Of a stretch of 37,011 nucleotides of DNA, positions 7,411 through 15,991 are shown piece after piece (positions within the stretch are counted from its first letter, which is position 1; each line of letters opens with the position of its first letter). The position numbers and the translations under genes are program-made. The stretch is taken from NCBI GenBank assembly GCA_964576115.1, contig CAZNUA010000036.1, positions 1-37,011 of the forward strand, written 5' to 3'. The notes beneath the pieces are model-generated. The model saw only the letters and a list, made by a program, of their open reading frames with translations, was not told where the DNA came from and ran no database searches. Source of the DNA: an uncultured Gemmatimonadota bacterium. GTDB lineage: Bacteria; Blakebacterota; Blakebacteria; Blakebacterales; Blakebacteraceae.

Positions 7411-9456
7411 ATGAGAGAGACGATAGGAGATATGCCGGATTTCCCGGATCCTGAGGCTCTGCAGGAAGCCGCAGAAGCCGAGCTGTGGTCGGCAGACGTG
7501 GTCACGGTACCCGCCGAAGTCCGCACGCATACAGGGCAGATGATGGTCGCGGTCCTGATCATGGCTGAGGGGTATGTGCTGGATGCCCCGATCGAACCGG
7601 CTCCATCGCCCGAACCCGAGAGCGTGTCCGCACTGCTGGAGCAGGGTTTGAGACGGGTGGCCGAAAAGGTCGGGAACTGGCCACCGGTGGTTGTGGTACG
7701 GCACAGCGAAGTAGCCGCTCACCTGGGAACACGGCTCGATTACCTGAGTATTGAAGTCGAGTACAGCCCGATCCTGCCCGAAATCGAAGAGGCAACCGCC
7801 AGCCTGCGCTCGTACATGGGCAGTGAGCGGCACCCCCAGATCCATTTCGGTCCGGGATTCTGGCGGGGCTGGTATTGCCCCGAGGCCTGGATCGCGGACT
7901 TCTTCCAGGCCGCTGCCCGCTATTATGAGGCGGCTCCCTGGACCCGGTATCCCTTCGACGCGATGCTGGCGGTCGAAGGAACATCGGGGCGGACCTGGTA
8001 TGTCCTGGTCGAGGGTGACCCACAGGAAACCGATCCTGTGCCGCCGGTTCTCTCCCTGTTCTCGGAGCGCGCCGATGCCGAGCGGGTCGCAACGATCGGT
8101 AGCATGGAGGAGGCCCGTTTCGTGGGCCGGGGGTTGATCCTCCTGTTCGCCGATCGCACAGAGCTGCCCAGCCAGACCGTTCAGGAAATCCGGCAGGCCG
8201 GCTGGCCGGTGGCTTCGTCCGACGCCTGGCCGGCACTGCTCATGATCAACACCCCGGCCGGCGGTCTGACCGCCGCTGACGCCGGCGACCTGCTGGCGGT
8301 CATGCACGTTATCTCCGGAGCCGTGCCGGTCCCCACACCTGATTCTCCGGCGATACCGGCCGGCGAGTGGCAGGATCCCGAAAGCGGACTCGGCCTCCGT
8401 GTACTCCCCCTGCCGCTGCCGGAGGAAGAGGAGGAGGACGAAGAAGGGGAGGGAGAGGAAAGGCTCGAGGAGTTGTTCGCGGGCGAGGCCGCCGACCAGA
8501 GCGCGGGACTCGTCGACCGCTTCGATCATTCTTCCCTGGTGGAGCAGATCCAGAAGCGCGTTGAAGCCGAGGGAGCCGCCACGCTCGAGGACGTTCAGCG
8601 GATCGCCGCCCAGGAGCACGAAGCCTACAACCGCGCCTCCCAGGAGGAGCTGGGTGGCCTGAGCCCGGAGCAGACAGCCCGCCTGCTCTACCAGTCCTGG
8701 GAGAGTCCGGATTCGATCGTGCGCTTCGACACCGATCTGCCGCTCGCCGAACTGGAGACGAGTCCCTTTCTGTACCGGACCCGAATCCTGCTGGGCACGA
8801 TGCTCGAGCGCGGCGGGATAGCGCCGACCCAGGCAGGCAATCTGCCCCGGGCATTTGTCCAGGACATGATGGAGGCCATGGACACCCCCCTGACCGGGCC
8901 GGATCGGTCCCTTCGAGACAACCGCCGGTACAACGAAGCCGATACCCATCTCTACGACCTGCGCCTGTTTCTCGAATTCGCCGGCTGCATCCGGCGCTAC
9001 CGGAAGAAATTCATCGTCGCCCGCGCGGTCAGACCGCTGCTGAAACCGGAGCAGGCTGGTGTACTATTCCGTCACTTGTTTATCAAGCACTTTCAGTATC
9101 TGGACCTCTCCTGCTTGGATTGTTATGCACCGGCACACCTGTTCCAGTCCGGTGTGGCGTACAGCCTGTGGAAGTTCCTGGATTCATCCGTGGAGTGGCT
9201 GCCCGCCGAAGCGTTCAGTGACCGTCTCATTCTGCCTACCCTCCGCGACGATCTGCTCAGGAGTGTGGAGAGCGAGAAAGAGCTGCAGGCTATCATCACC
9301 TTTCGCCTGATGCAGCCGCTCGAGAGATTCGGACTGGCCGAGAACCGGGAGATGGCGGAATCGAGAAACTGGTATCCCTGGAATCGGGAATACCGGCCCA
9401 CCCCGCTGGCTGCCCGATTCCTGCACTTCGATTTCTCCGATCAGGAGAGCGACTGA
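7411..9456 (+). CDS. Uncharacterised multidomain protein; C-terminal domain paralogous to 1699..3294
   Basis: 681-aa ORF with AGAGGA RBS and an acidic linker EEEEEDEEGEGEE. C-terminal motifs TQAGNLPRAFV and EYRPTPLAARF are shared with the pRiA4b fusion. Confidence 0.75.
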   Translation: MRETIGDMPDFPDPEALQEAAEAELWSADVVTVPAEVRTHTGQMMVAVLIMAEGYVLDAPIEPAPSPEPESVSALLEQGLRRVAEKVGNWPPVVVVRHSEVAAHLGTRLDYLSIEVEYSPILPEIEEATASLRSYMGSERHPQIHFGPGFWRGWYCPEAWIADFFQAAARYYEAAPWTRYPFDAMLAVEGTSGRTWYVLVEGDPQETDPVPPVLSLFSERADAERVATIGSMEEARFVGRGLILLFADRTELPSQTVQEIRQAGWPVASSDAWPALLMINTPAGGLTAADAGDLLAVMHVISGAVPVPTPDSPAIPAGEWQDPESGLGLRVLPLPLPEEEEEDEEGEGEERLEELFAGEAADQSAGLVDRFDHSSLVEQIQKRVEAEGAATLEDVQRIAAQEHEAYNRASQEELGGLSPEQTARLLYQSWESPDSIVRFDTDLPLAELETSPFLYRTRILLGTMLERGGIAPTQAGNLPRAFVQDMMEAMDTPLTGPDRSLRDNRRYNEADTHLYDLRLFLEFAGCIRRYRKKFIVARAVRPLLKPEQAGVLFRHLFIKHFQYLDLSCLDCYAPAHLFQSGVAYSLWKFLDSSVEWLPAEAFSDRLILPTLRDDLLRSVESEKELQAIITFRLMQPLERFGLAENREMAESRNWYPWNREYRPTPLAARFLHFDFSDQESD

Positions 9457-9528
9457 CACGAGTCAAGCCCGGACAGGTTTCTGCACAGAAACAGGAGACA
9501 CGTCTTCCACTCCCGCACAACATCTTTT

Positions 9529-9544
9529 ACATTGTATACAATGT
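9529..9544. promoter_or_regulatory. Perfect 16-bp palindrome ACATTGTATACAATGT, probable operator of the downstream TA remnant
   Basis: Exact reverse complement of itself, AT-rich, 25 nt upstream of ATG 9570. Confidence 0.65.
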
Positions 9545-9569
9545 CTCATCACAACCGGGAGCAGTGACG

Positions 9570-9695
9570 ATGTCAGCAGACCCGCTCACGACCCGTCTGC
9601 CGAAGTGGCTCGACCAGGCGATCCGGGAATACTGCCGGGACAGCGGCCTCGGTGTTTCGGCCGGCATGAAGCACCTGCTCAGAACCTACGAATGA
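9570..9695 (+). CDS. 41-aa ribbon-helix-helix-like antitoxin (possibly truncated)
   Basis: Below the ORF-track cutoff. MSADPLTTRLPKWLDQAIREYCRDSGLGVSAGMKHLLRTYE* fits a beta-alpha-alpha RHH pattern. GGGAG RBS upstream; the stop overlaps the next ATG (ATGA). Confidence 0.5.
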   Translation: MSADPLTTRLPKWLDQAIREYCRDSGLGVSAGMKHLLRTYE

Positions 9696-9847
9696 AGCCG
9701 GCCTGTTCCCGTTTTCTGGGTGATGAGAATGTCAACCGGAAGGTCATCGCCGCCCTGCGCGATCGCGGTTTCGATTGCCGGGTCAGAGAAGCGACCGTAC
9801 CCTATACCGCCATTCTGGAACGTCTCTCTGGACAAGTATCGCGCTGA
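9692..9847 (+). pseudogene. Truncated DUF5615/Mut7-C-like PIN toxin fragment
   Basis: MKPACSRFLGDENVNRKVIAALRDRGFDCRV matches the N-terminal FLxDEN..L...G.D motif of DUF5615 PIN proteins. It is only 51 aa and lacks the downstream catalytic acidic residues. Confidence 0.6.
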
Positions 9848-9865
9848 AGGAAACCGCAGGGATAC

Positions 9866-11029
9866 TCAGACAGATCGGCCCGACTTCTCACGGGCTCTCC
9901 CGATCCCGCGGGGCCCCCACTCCAGCACACCCTCCGGGCAGGCCTCGATGCACCGGTGGCACGACCAGCAGTCGGGCAGAAAGAACCGGCCGTCTTCGGC
10001 ATTGATGCCCGCCATGGCATCGGTCGGACAGGCCGCCTCGCACGCCCCGCAATCGGTGCAGGCCTCGGGATCGACCCGGCGCACCTTGTTCAGGGCGATC
10101 CTCTCTGCGAGCCAGGCCCAGAGCCCGAAGGGACAGATGGTGTGGCAGAAGGGCCGGAAATAGAGCAGGCCGGTCACGAGCAGAATCGGGATCAGGATCA
10201 GGGTGAAAACGGCCAGTTCGAGAGGATCGAAAATTTTGAAGAGGTTGAGATGATGGTACAGGATCGACCCCGGTCCCCCCTGGTTGATATTCAGGATACC
10301 GAAGAGCAGCAGGACAAAGAGAACGTACACGGTCAGGCGGATGGAGATGGAAGCTGCAAAGGGTAGACCGTGCTTGCGCTTGAATCGCTTGAACACCGGG
10401 ATGTTGTACAGACTCTCCTGCACCGCCCCCAGCGGACAGCCCCAACTGCAGAGCAGGCGGGCGCCGAGGATCGAGAGCAAGGTGAAGATCGCAAAGCCCC
10501 CCAACACCAGGACGAGCGGGTTGCCCGGGATGCCGTTGATCAGCTTGTGCACGCGGACGATGGCTTCCATGGGATTGGGTGAGGAGCCGAGGATGATCCC
10601 GAAGACGATGAAGGTGATCACCAGCCAGATCGTGCGGGTGCGGGTCACGTTGCGGTTGCGGATCAGGATCCACCCGGCGGCAACGACCCAGATCCCCAGC
10701 AGAATGAAGCGGACCAGATCACGGGTGGGGACGCCCTCGGCCCGGGCCGCCAGGACCGCGGCCCGGACATCGCCGTGAGCGATCGGAAGTTCGCTCAGGG
10801 GGCGGTGCACATTGCGGAACGTGGTACGGAAATCGCGGCGGTCTTCAACCGGCAGAAGGGGCACCAGGGCATCGAGGGGCACGTCGTTGCGCTCCGAAAC
10901 GTGCCGCAGAGACATGATGTCGTTGATCGCGACCGGTTGTTCTTCTTCGTACGGAGGGAATTTGATCAAAAAAGCCAGGATGGTAACGGCAACGATCCCG
11001 AACAGACCCAGGGTGAGATATTTCCGCAT
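9866..11029 (-). CDS. Membrane-bound 4Fe-4S binding polyferredoxin (NapH/MauN/YccM-like)
   Basis: Several TM segments, two CxxxCP motifs (CSWGCPLG, CHTICPFG) and two CxxCxxCxxxCP ferredoxin motifs (CTDCGACEAACP, CWSCHRCIEACP). Confidence 0.88.
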   Translation of the reverse strand: MRKYLTLGLFGIVAVTILAFLIKFPPYEEEQPVAINDIMSLRHVSERNDVPLDALVPLLPVEDRRDFRTTFRNVHRPLSELPIAHGDVRAAVLAARAEGVPTRDLVRFILLGIWVVAAGWILIRNRNVTRTRTIWLVITFIVFGIILGSSPNPMEAIVRVHKLINGIPGNPLVLVLGGFAIFTLLSILGARLLCSWGCPLGAVQESLYNIPVFKRFKRKHGLPFAASISIRLTVYVLFVLLLFGILNINQGGPGSILYHHLNLFKIFDPLELAVFTLILIPILLVTGLLYFRPFCHTICPFGLWAWLAERIALNKVRRVDPEACTDCGACEAACPTDAMAGINAEDGRFFLPDCWSCHRCIEACPEGVLEWGPRGIGRAREKSGRSV

Positions 11030-11176
11030 GATGTCCTTTTCTCGCGATCAGTGCCCGACGGCCGGTACCGGACGCGGATCAGCCCCCGAGTAAGATCTTT
11101 ATCGACCTGTCAGGACTTTACCCTCCAGCCGTCCCGGTGTTCAACCGCACCCCGTTCACAGGTATCGAGAAGAGAA

Positions 11177-11208
11177 AACCCCGGCAGATAGGTAAACCCG
11201 CCGGGGTT
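11177..11208 (-). terminator. Rho-independent terminator downstream of tRNA-Arg
   Basis: AACCCCGGC..GCCGGGGTT stem followed by TTCTCT on the minus strand. Confidence 0.65.
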
Positions 11209-11236
11209 CGTTACTTACCCTGGACACCCTTTTCCC

Positions 11237-11313
11237 TGGTACGCCCGAGAGGAGTCGAACCCCTAACCTTCTGATCCGTAGTCAGATGCTCTATCCAATT
11301 GAGCTACGGGCGC
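11237..11313 (-). tRNA. tRNA-Arg (anticodon ACG)
   Basis: GCGCCCGTAGCTCAATTGGATAGAGCATCTGACT-ACG-GATCAGAAGGTTAGGGGTTCGACTCCTCTCGGGCGTACCA; 77 nt with encoded CCA. TTGACA lies at 11385-11380 upstream. Confidence 0.97.
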
Positions 11314-11492
11314 ACGGTATGACGCGGACAGACACATGCCCTGTCCCGAACTCAACAAGTAAGGGGAGCCGCCCCGGCCTGTCAACAGGCACGGCAGAGG
11401 CGGATGACGGCTTCTCCGACCTGGTCTGTTATGACCCGGGTCTGCCCGGTCCGGTTGGTATCCACCCGACCCGGTCAGTTCCGGCCATCGGT

Positions 11493-12065
11493 TCAGCTCG
11501 CCAGGACTTTGAACTCGCGATCGCGCGAATTCAGATGCGAGCGAATCCTGTTCAGCGCGAAATGACAGGTGCTGCGCACCGTGGGCGGAGCGCATCCCAG
11601 GGCACGCCCGACTTCGACCGAGGAGCGCCGTTCGCCGATATGCAGGCGCAGGGCTGATCGCTGCCGGGGGGTGAGGGGCTCCAGGGCACTCTGCACCCAC
11701 TGCCGGGTTTCCTCGCGGCTCGACTCGCATCCGCCCTTTTCCGCCATACCTTCGTCGAGTCGGTGGGCATTCCGATCGAGCAGTTCGCGACAGCGGCTCC
11801 GCCGCGAGGCGGTATCACGTCCCAGGTTGCGAACCACGGTCACAGCCCAGGCTCGGAAGCTCTTGCGGGGCGTGAAACGATCGAGTTCGCCCAGGATGCG
11901 GATCCAGGCTTCATGGACCAGATCGAGGGGTTCGGTGTGCCCGCCGGCATAGGTGCGCGAAGCGCTGAGCAGCATCGGCAGGTGGCGTTCGTAGAGCACC
12001 GCGATCGCCTCGTTGTTACCGGTCCGGGCGACCTGGATGAGCTGAATGTCGGTCAGGTCTGTCAT
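11493..12065 (-). CDS. ECF-type RNA polymerase sigma-70 factor
   Basis: Region 2 (AIAVLYERH..DLVHEAWIRI..FRAWAVTVVRN) and region 4 (LEPLTPRQRSALRL..SSVEVGRALG..TVRS). Start placed at MTDLTD (12065). Confidence 0.88.
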   Translation of the reverse strand: MTDLTDIQLIQVARTGNNEAIAVLYERHLPMLLSASRTYAGGHTEPLDLVHEAWIRILGELDRFTPRKSFRAWAVTVVRNLGRDTASRRSRCRELLDRNAHRLDEGMAEKGGCESSREETRQWVQSALEPLTPRQRSALRLHIGERRSSVEVGRALGCAPPTVRSTCHFALNRIRSHLNSRDREFKVLAS

Positions 12066-12362
12066 GTCTGGTGTATTACTACAGCAGACACCGGGTGGGC
12101 ACAGAAAATCAGATACATTGGCCATCCCCCACAACTGGCTTCAGAACCGCGTTATATTCTCCCCGTGCGGTCAGGTGGGACGCGGAGGGGAGCCGCCCGA
12201 TAACTCTGACTCCGCACGGGACGAACGAGTCCGGTCGCCGTCCCCGCGGACTGCCACCGGACACCGGCCGGCCGATAGAACATGGCGGCCGGGACCCCTC
12301 TGCATTCTGTAGAATATCAGAAAGCTGTGACGTTTGTCCAGCGTTTCACACGAAGGATGGTT

Positions 12363-13337
12363 TCAAGTGATCTCGAGCATGCGGTCCACGGCCCCCCTGG
12401 CAGCCGCGGCTGTTTCGGGATCGACGGTGACCTGATAGACGTCTTCGGTGAGGCTGTGCAGGACTTTCTCGAGCGTAATCCGCTTCATGTACTGACAGAT
12501 GGCTTTTTCGGACACCGGGATGAACTCCCGGCCGGGATTCTCTTTGGCCAGCCGGTGGTTGATACCCTTTTCGGTTCCCACGATGTACTGCTCGTTCTCA
12601 CCCTCTTGCGCCTGCCGGACCATGCCGCCGGTACTCGCCACCTGTACCTGCCGGCCGTCGAGGCGTTCATCCCCGTCCTCGATCATCTGCGCCAGTTCGG
12701 CCGAACAGCGGCATTCGGGGTGCACCATCACGTCGGCCTCGGGGTATTCGGCCATCTTCTCGAGCACCATCTCGAGCGTGATCGGGCTGTGTACGTGGCA
12801 TTCACCGGGCCAGAGATGGATGTTGTCCCGCCCGGTCACTTCGCGCACGTAGGCCCCCAGAAACATATCGGGACAGAAGAGGATGTCGGTATCGGCGGGA
12901 ATGGCCTCGACCACCTTGACGGCGTTGGCGGAGGTACAGCAGTAGTCCGAGAGCGCTTTGACGGCGGCGGTGGAGTTTACGTATGAGACCACTTTCGCGC
13001 AGGGGTGCTCGGCTTTCCACTCGGCCAGCCCCTCGGCGGTCAGCGTGTCGGCCAGAAAACAGCCGGCCTGCAGGTCGGGCAGCAGGACTCGTTTTCCGGG
13101 TGAGAGAATGGCGGCCGTCTCGGCCATGAAATGCACGCCGCAGAAAACGATGATGTCGGCTTCCTCGACTTCGGCTGCCTCCTGGGCCAATCCCAGGGAG
13201 TCGCCGAGAACATCGGCGACATCCTGCACCGGTCCGATCTGGTAGTTGTGGGCCAGAATGATGGCATTTTTCTCCTCGGCCAGCTCGCGGATGCGGGCCT
13301 GCAGAGCGACGTCGGTATTTGCGCTGGTTTCGGCCAT
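12363..13337 (-). CDS. nadA: Quinolinate synthase A
   Basis: ILAHNYQ..QDVAD..GDSL, FCGVHFMAETA, AGCFLAD, YVNSTA, CCTSANA, GECHVH, HPEC and CQYMK (three Fe-S Cys). Start MAETS with GAGGGG RBS. Confidence 0.97.
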   Translation of the reverse strand: MAETSANTDVALQARIRELAEEKNAIILAHNYQIGPVQDVADVLGDSLGLAQEAAEVEEADIIVFCGVHFMAETAAILSPGKRVLLPDLQAGCFLADTLTAEGLAEWKAEHPCAKVVSYVNSTAAVKALSDYCCTSANAVKVVEAIPADTDILFCPDMFLGAYVREVTGRDNIHLWPGECHVHSPITLEMVLEKMAEYPEADVMVHPECRCSAELAQMIEDGDERLDGRQVQVASTGGMVRQAQEGENEQYIVGTEKGINHRLAKENPGREFIPVSEKAICQYMKRITLEKVLHSLTEDVYQVTVDPETAAAARGAVDRMLEIT

Positions 13338-13521
13338 GCCGGATTCCCCTCGTCCGCCGTTGGTTCGGATCAAGCGGTGTCTGCAGCCCCACCCGAGCCC
13401 GAAAATGTCACACTGTTGTAAAGATAGAGGACTCAGCGCGCTTGAGAAGGTGGAATCAGTTGTCTTATTGTGGGTCTAGATTCTGTTCAGGAAGCGTACC
13501 CTCATACGAGCGGGAGCGCGT

Positions 13522-15008
13522 ATGCCCGTCCTCCATCTTTCTTGCGGTGCCGGCCTGTACTCTTTCCTCCTGCCGCTGGCGGGTCTGGCCCTTGGCGGCC
13601 GCCGGCGCCGGCGGGGGAACGAGACCGACGAAAAAACGCAGGAAGCCTACCATATCCTGGTCGACTCCACCTTCGACGGGATCATGATCCTGAGCCCCGA
13701 AGGTCACGTCACCTGGACGGACGCTAACTTCCTCGACCTGACCGGTTACGCCGAAGACGAAATCCTCAATCAGCACTTCACCTCGATCATCGATCCCGGT
13801 GACGCCGAAAAGGTACAGCAGTACCTGACCCAGGTCACCGACGAGGCCCAGACTTTCACCGTGCGCGCAATCGATCGCGAGGGTTCGGTACAGGTATATC
13901 AGATCTCTGCGGTCGGCAGCGAGGGGGAGGAGGCCCTCGAAATCGTCGCCGGAGTGCGGGACATCACCGAAGAAGAATCGGTCCGGCGCCGGATCGCCTT
14001 TACCGAAAAAATGGATCTGTTGAGCCGGGTCATGAATACCATCGGCCGCGATCTGGGCCCGATCATCGCCACTCTCTCGCCGCTGGTCGAGATGGGCGAG
14101 GATCCGCAAGTCGAGCAGATGTTGCGCAATCTTTCCGATCTGGAAAAGCGGGTCGAGCTCTTCCCGCGCCGCGGGATCCGCGACGGAGCCGAGATCGGTC
14201 TGCACGACCTGCTCGATGAGGTCGTCGACGAGGTCCGGAAGGAACGTGATTTCGTCGATACCGAGTTGAGCCTGAAGATCGATGACGAGCTCTATCCCGT
14301 TTTCGGAGACGCCGGTCAGCTGACCGAGGCCCTGCGCAACGTTCTCACCAATGCCTTTCAGGCCGCCGGCGAGAACCAGGGTGAGGTCACGGTCCGCTGC
14401 AACAATCACACCGTCGAGCGAGCTGCACCGCGCAAGGGGTATATCCTGCCCACCGGCGAGTACACTCACATCACCATCGCCGACACCGGTTCGGGGATGC
14501 CCGCCGAAATTCTCGATCATGTCTTCGAACCGCTCTTCACCACCCATCCGGGCGGCGCCCTGGCCGGACTCGGCCTGGCCGTGACCTATACCGTCGTCAA
14601 GAACCACCGGGGCTACATCGATATCGAGAGTTCGCTGGGTGAGGGCACCCGGGTCGACATGTTCCTGCCCCGCAGCCGCATCAGCCCCGCCAGACCGGAA
14701 GCAGCTCCGGCAGCGGCCGAGGAGACTGCGCAGAAAGCCGCCCCTGCCGTGACCGCAGAACCGGCTGAGGCTGCAGCCGAGAAGGACGTCGGTGAAACAG
14801 CCGATCGCGAACCCGCCGTAGAGGTCGAACCCGCAACAGAGGCCGAACCTGCCGTCGAGGTTGAAGCGGAAGCGGAGGTCGGGATGGAAGCGGCAGGTGA
14901 GACGGCGACAGAAGCCGAACAAGAAGCTGAAGTCGAACCGACGGTAGAGGCCGAGGTAACCGCAGAAACCGAAGAGGCCGCCGAAACCGAGCCGGTCGAG
15001 GAGCCCGA
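13522..15008 (+). CDS. PAS-domain histidine-kinase-like protein with degenerate H-box and Glu/Ala-rich tail; 3' end lost in the gap
   Basis: PAS (DGIMILSPEG..FLDLTGY..EILNQ), HATPase boxes (NVLTNA, DTGSGM, FEPLFTT, GLGLA) and low-complexity EAEPAVEVE repeats running into the N-gap. Confidence 0.8.
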
Positions 15009-15108
15009 NNNNNNNNNNNNNNNNNNNNNNNNNNNNNNNNNNNNNNNNNNNNNNNNNNNNNNNNNNNNNNNNNNNNNNNNNNNNNNNNNNNNNNNNNNNN
15101 NNNNNNNN
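15009..15108. other. Scaffold gap (100 N placeholder)
   Basis: Run of exactly 100 N. Two convergent genes are cut on either side. Confidence 0.99.
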
Positions 15109-15853
15109 CCGTTTCGAAGGCGAATTGATCGGCGACAGCGAACCAGCCGGTCGAGCGGGGATCGAGGAACTCGTGCAGCTCTTCGCGCACATAGACCCAG
15201 GCAATCCCCGGTCCCCCCAGCAACCACTTGAGTCCTCCCGAGAGCAGGATATCCACTCCGAGTTCCTTCACCGGCAGGGGGAAGATACCCGCCGACTGAT
15301 AGGCATCGACGATGAAGAGTGCGCCGACCTGCTGTACTTTGTGCGAGAGAGCCGCCAGATCGTTGGCCCACCCGGTGGTGAAGAAGACATGGCTCACGGC
15401 CAGAAAAGCGGTCTCTTCGGTCAGCAGGTCATCCCAGGCATCGTCGGGAATCCCGATCCCGTCGGGGCTGCCGGCCAGCACCACTTCGACCCCGTCACGG
15501 GCCCGGGCCAGCCACTGATAGGGCACGGTCGGAAAATCGAGTTCGGCGCAGACCACCCGGTTGCGGCCGCGGTAATCGATCGCCGAGGCCACCGCCGAGA
15601 GCCCGCTCGAGACATTGGGTACGATTGCGATTTCGTGGGGGCCGCAGTCCAGCAGGCGGGCGACTGCGGTGCGCAGGCTCTCGATCTCACCCAGCCAGAG
15701 CTCGTACCACGCCGAAGCGCCCATTGTCTGCCACAGGTCGAGGAAGGTTTCGACCCCTTCGCGGCTGCCCCGGCTCAGGGCCCCCAGCGAGCAGGTGTTG
15801 AGATAGGTCGTGGTTTCGAAAATGGGAAACTGCTCGCGGAATCGCGTCCACAT
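15109..15853 (-). CDS. Class V PLP-dependent aminotransferase (kynureninase / cysteine desulfurase-like); C-terminus lost in the gap
   Basis: FREQFPI..YLNTCSLG, ELDFPT, SHVFFTTG, IVDAYQSAG and the PLP-lysine motif GGLKWLLGGPG. Confidence 0.88.
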
Positions 15854-15898
15854 GGCGATCTGTCCTTCCCAAAGACATGAACCTGCGGCTCAGACGTA

Positions 15899-15978
15899 CA
15901 CGGGACGGTCCCCCGGAAGGGAACCGCCCCGTGAGTGTAGATGACCGCGGGACGGGATACCAGGATCCCGGCCCCGCG
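15899..15978. terminator. Two adjacent related GC-rich hairpins downstream of the FadL-like gene
   Basis: CACGGGACGGT..ACCGCCCCGTG (15899-15933) and CGCGGGACGGGAT..ATCCCGGCCCCGCG (15946-15978). No clear U-tract. Confidence 0.5.
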
Positions 15979-15991
15979 TGATGGTTGGAGC

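Noticed and set aside
4959-8949. Long antisense ORFs (4959..6527, 7363..8949, and similarly 13465..15204, 19847..21115, 22655..23806, 23885..25027, 33325..34371)
   Set aside because: These are shadow ORFs opposite well-supported genes, expected at high GC3, and carry no recognisable motifs.
14681-15231. ORF-track proteins that read through the N-gap
   Set aside because: The 100-N run is a placeholder of unknown length, so frames across it are meaningless.
12363-15853. NAD-biosynthesis cluster linking nadA and a kynureninase
   Set aside because: The class V enzyme cannot be assigned specifically from a partial sequence. The genes are separated by a divergent gene and a gap, and NadA and kynureninase belong to alternative routes.
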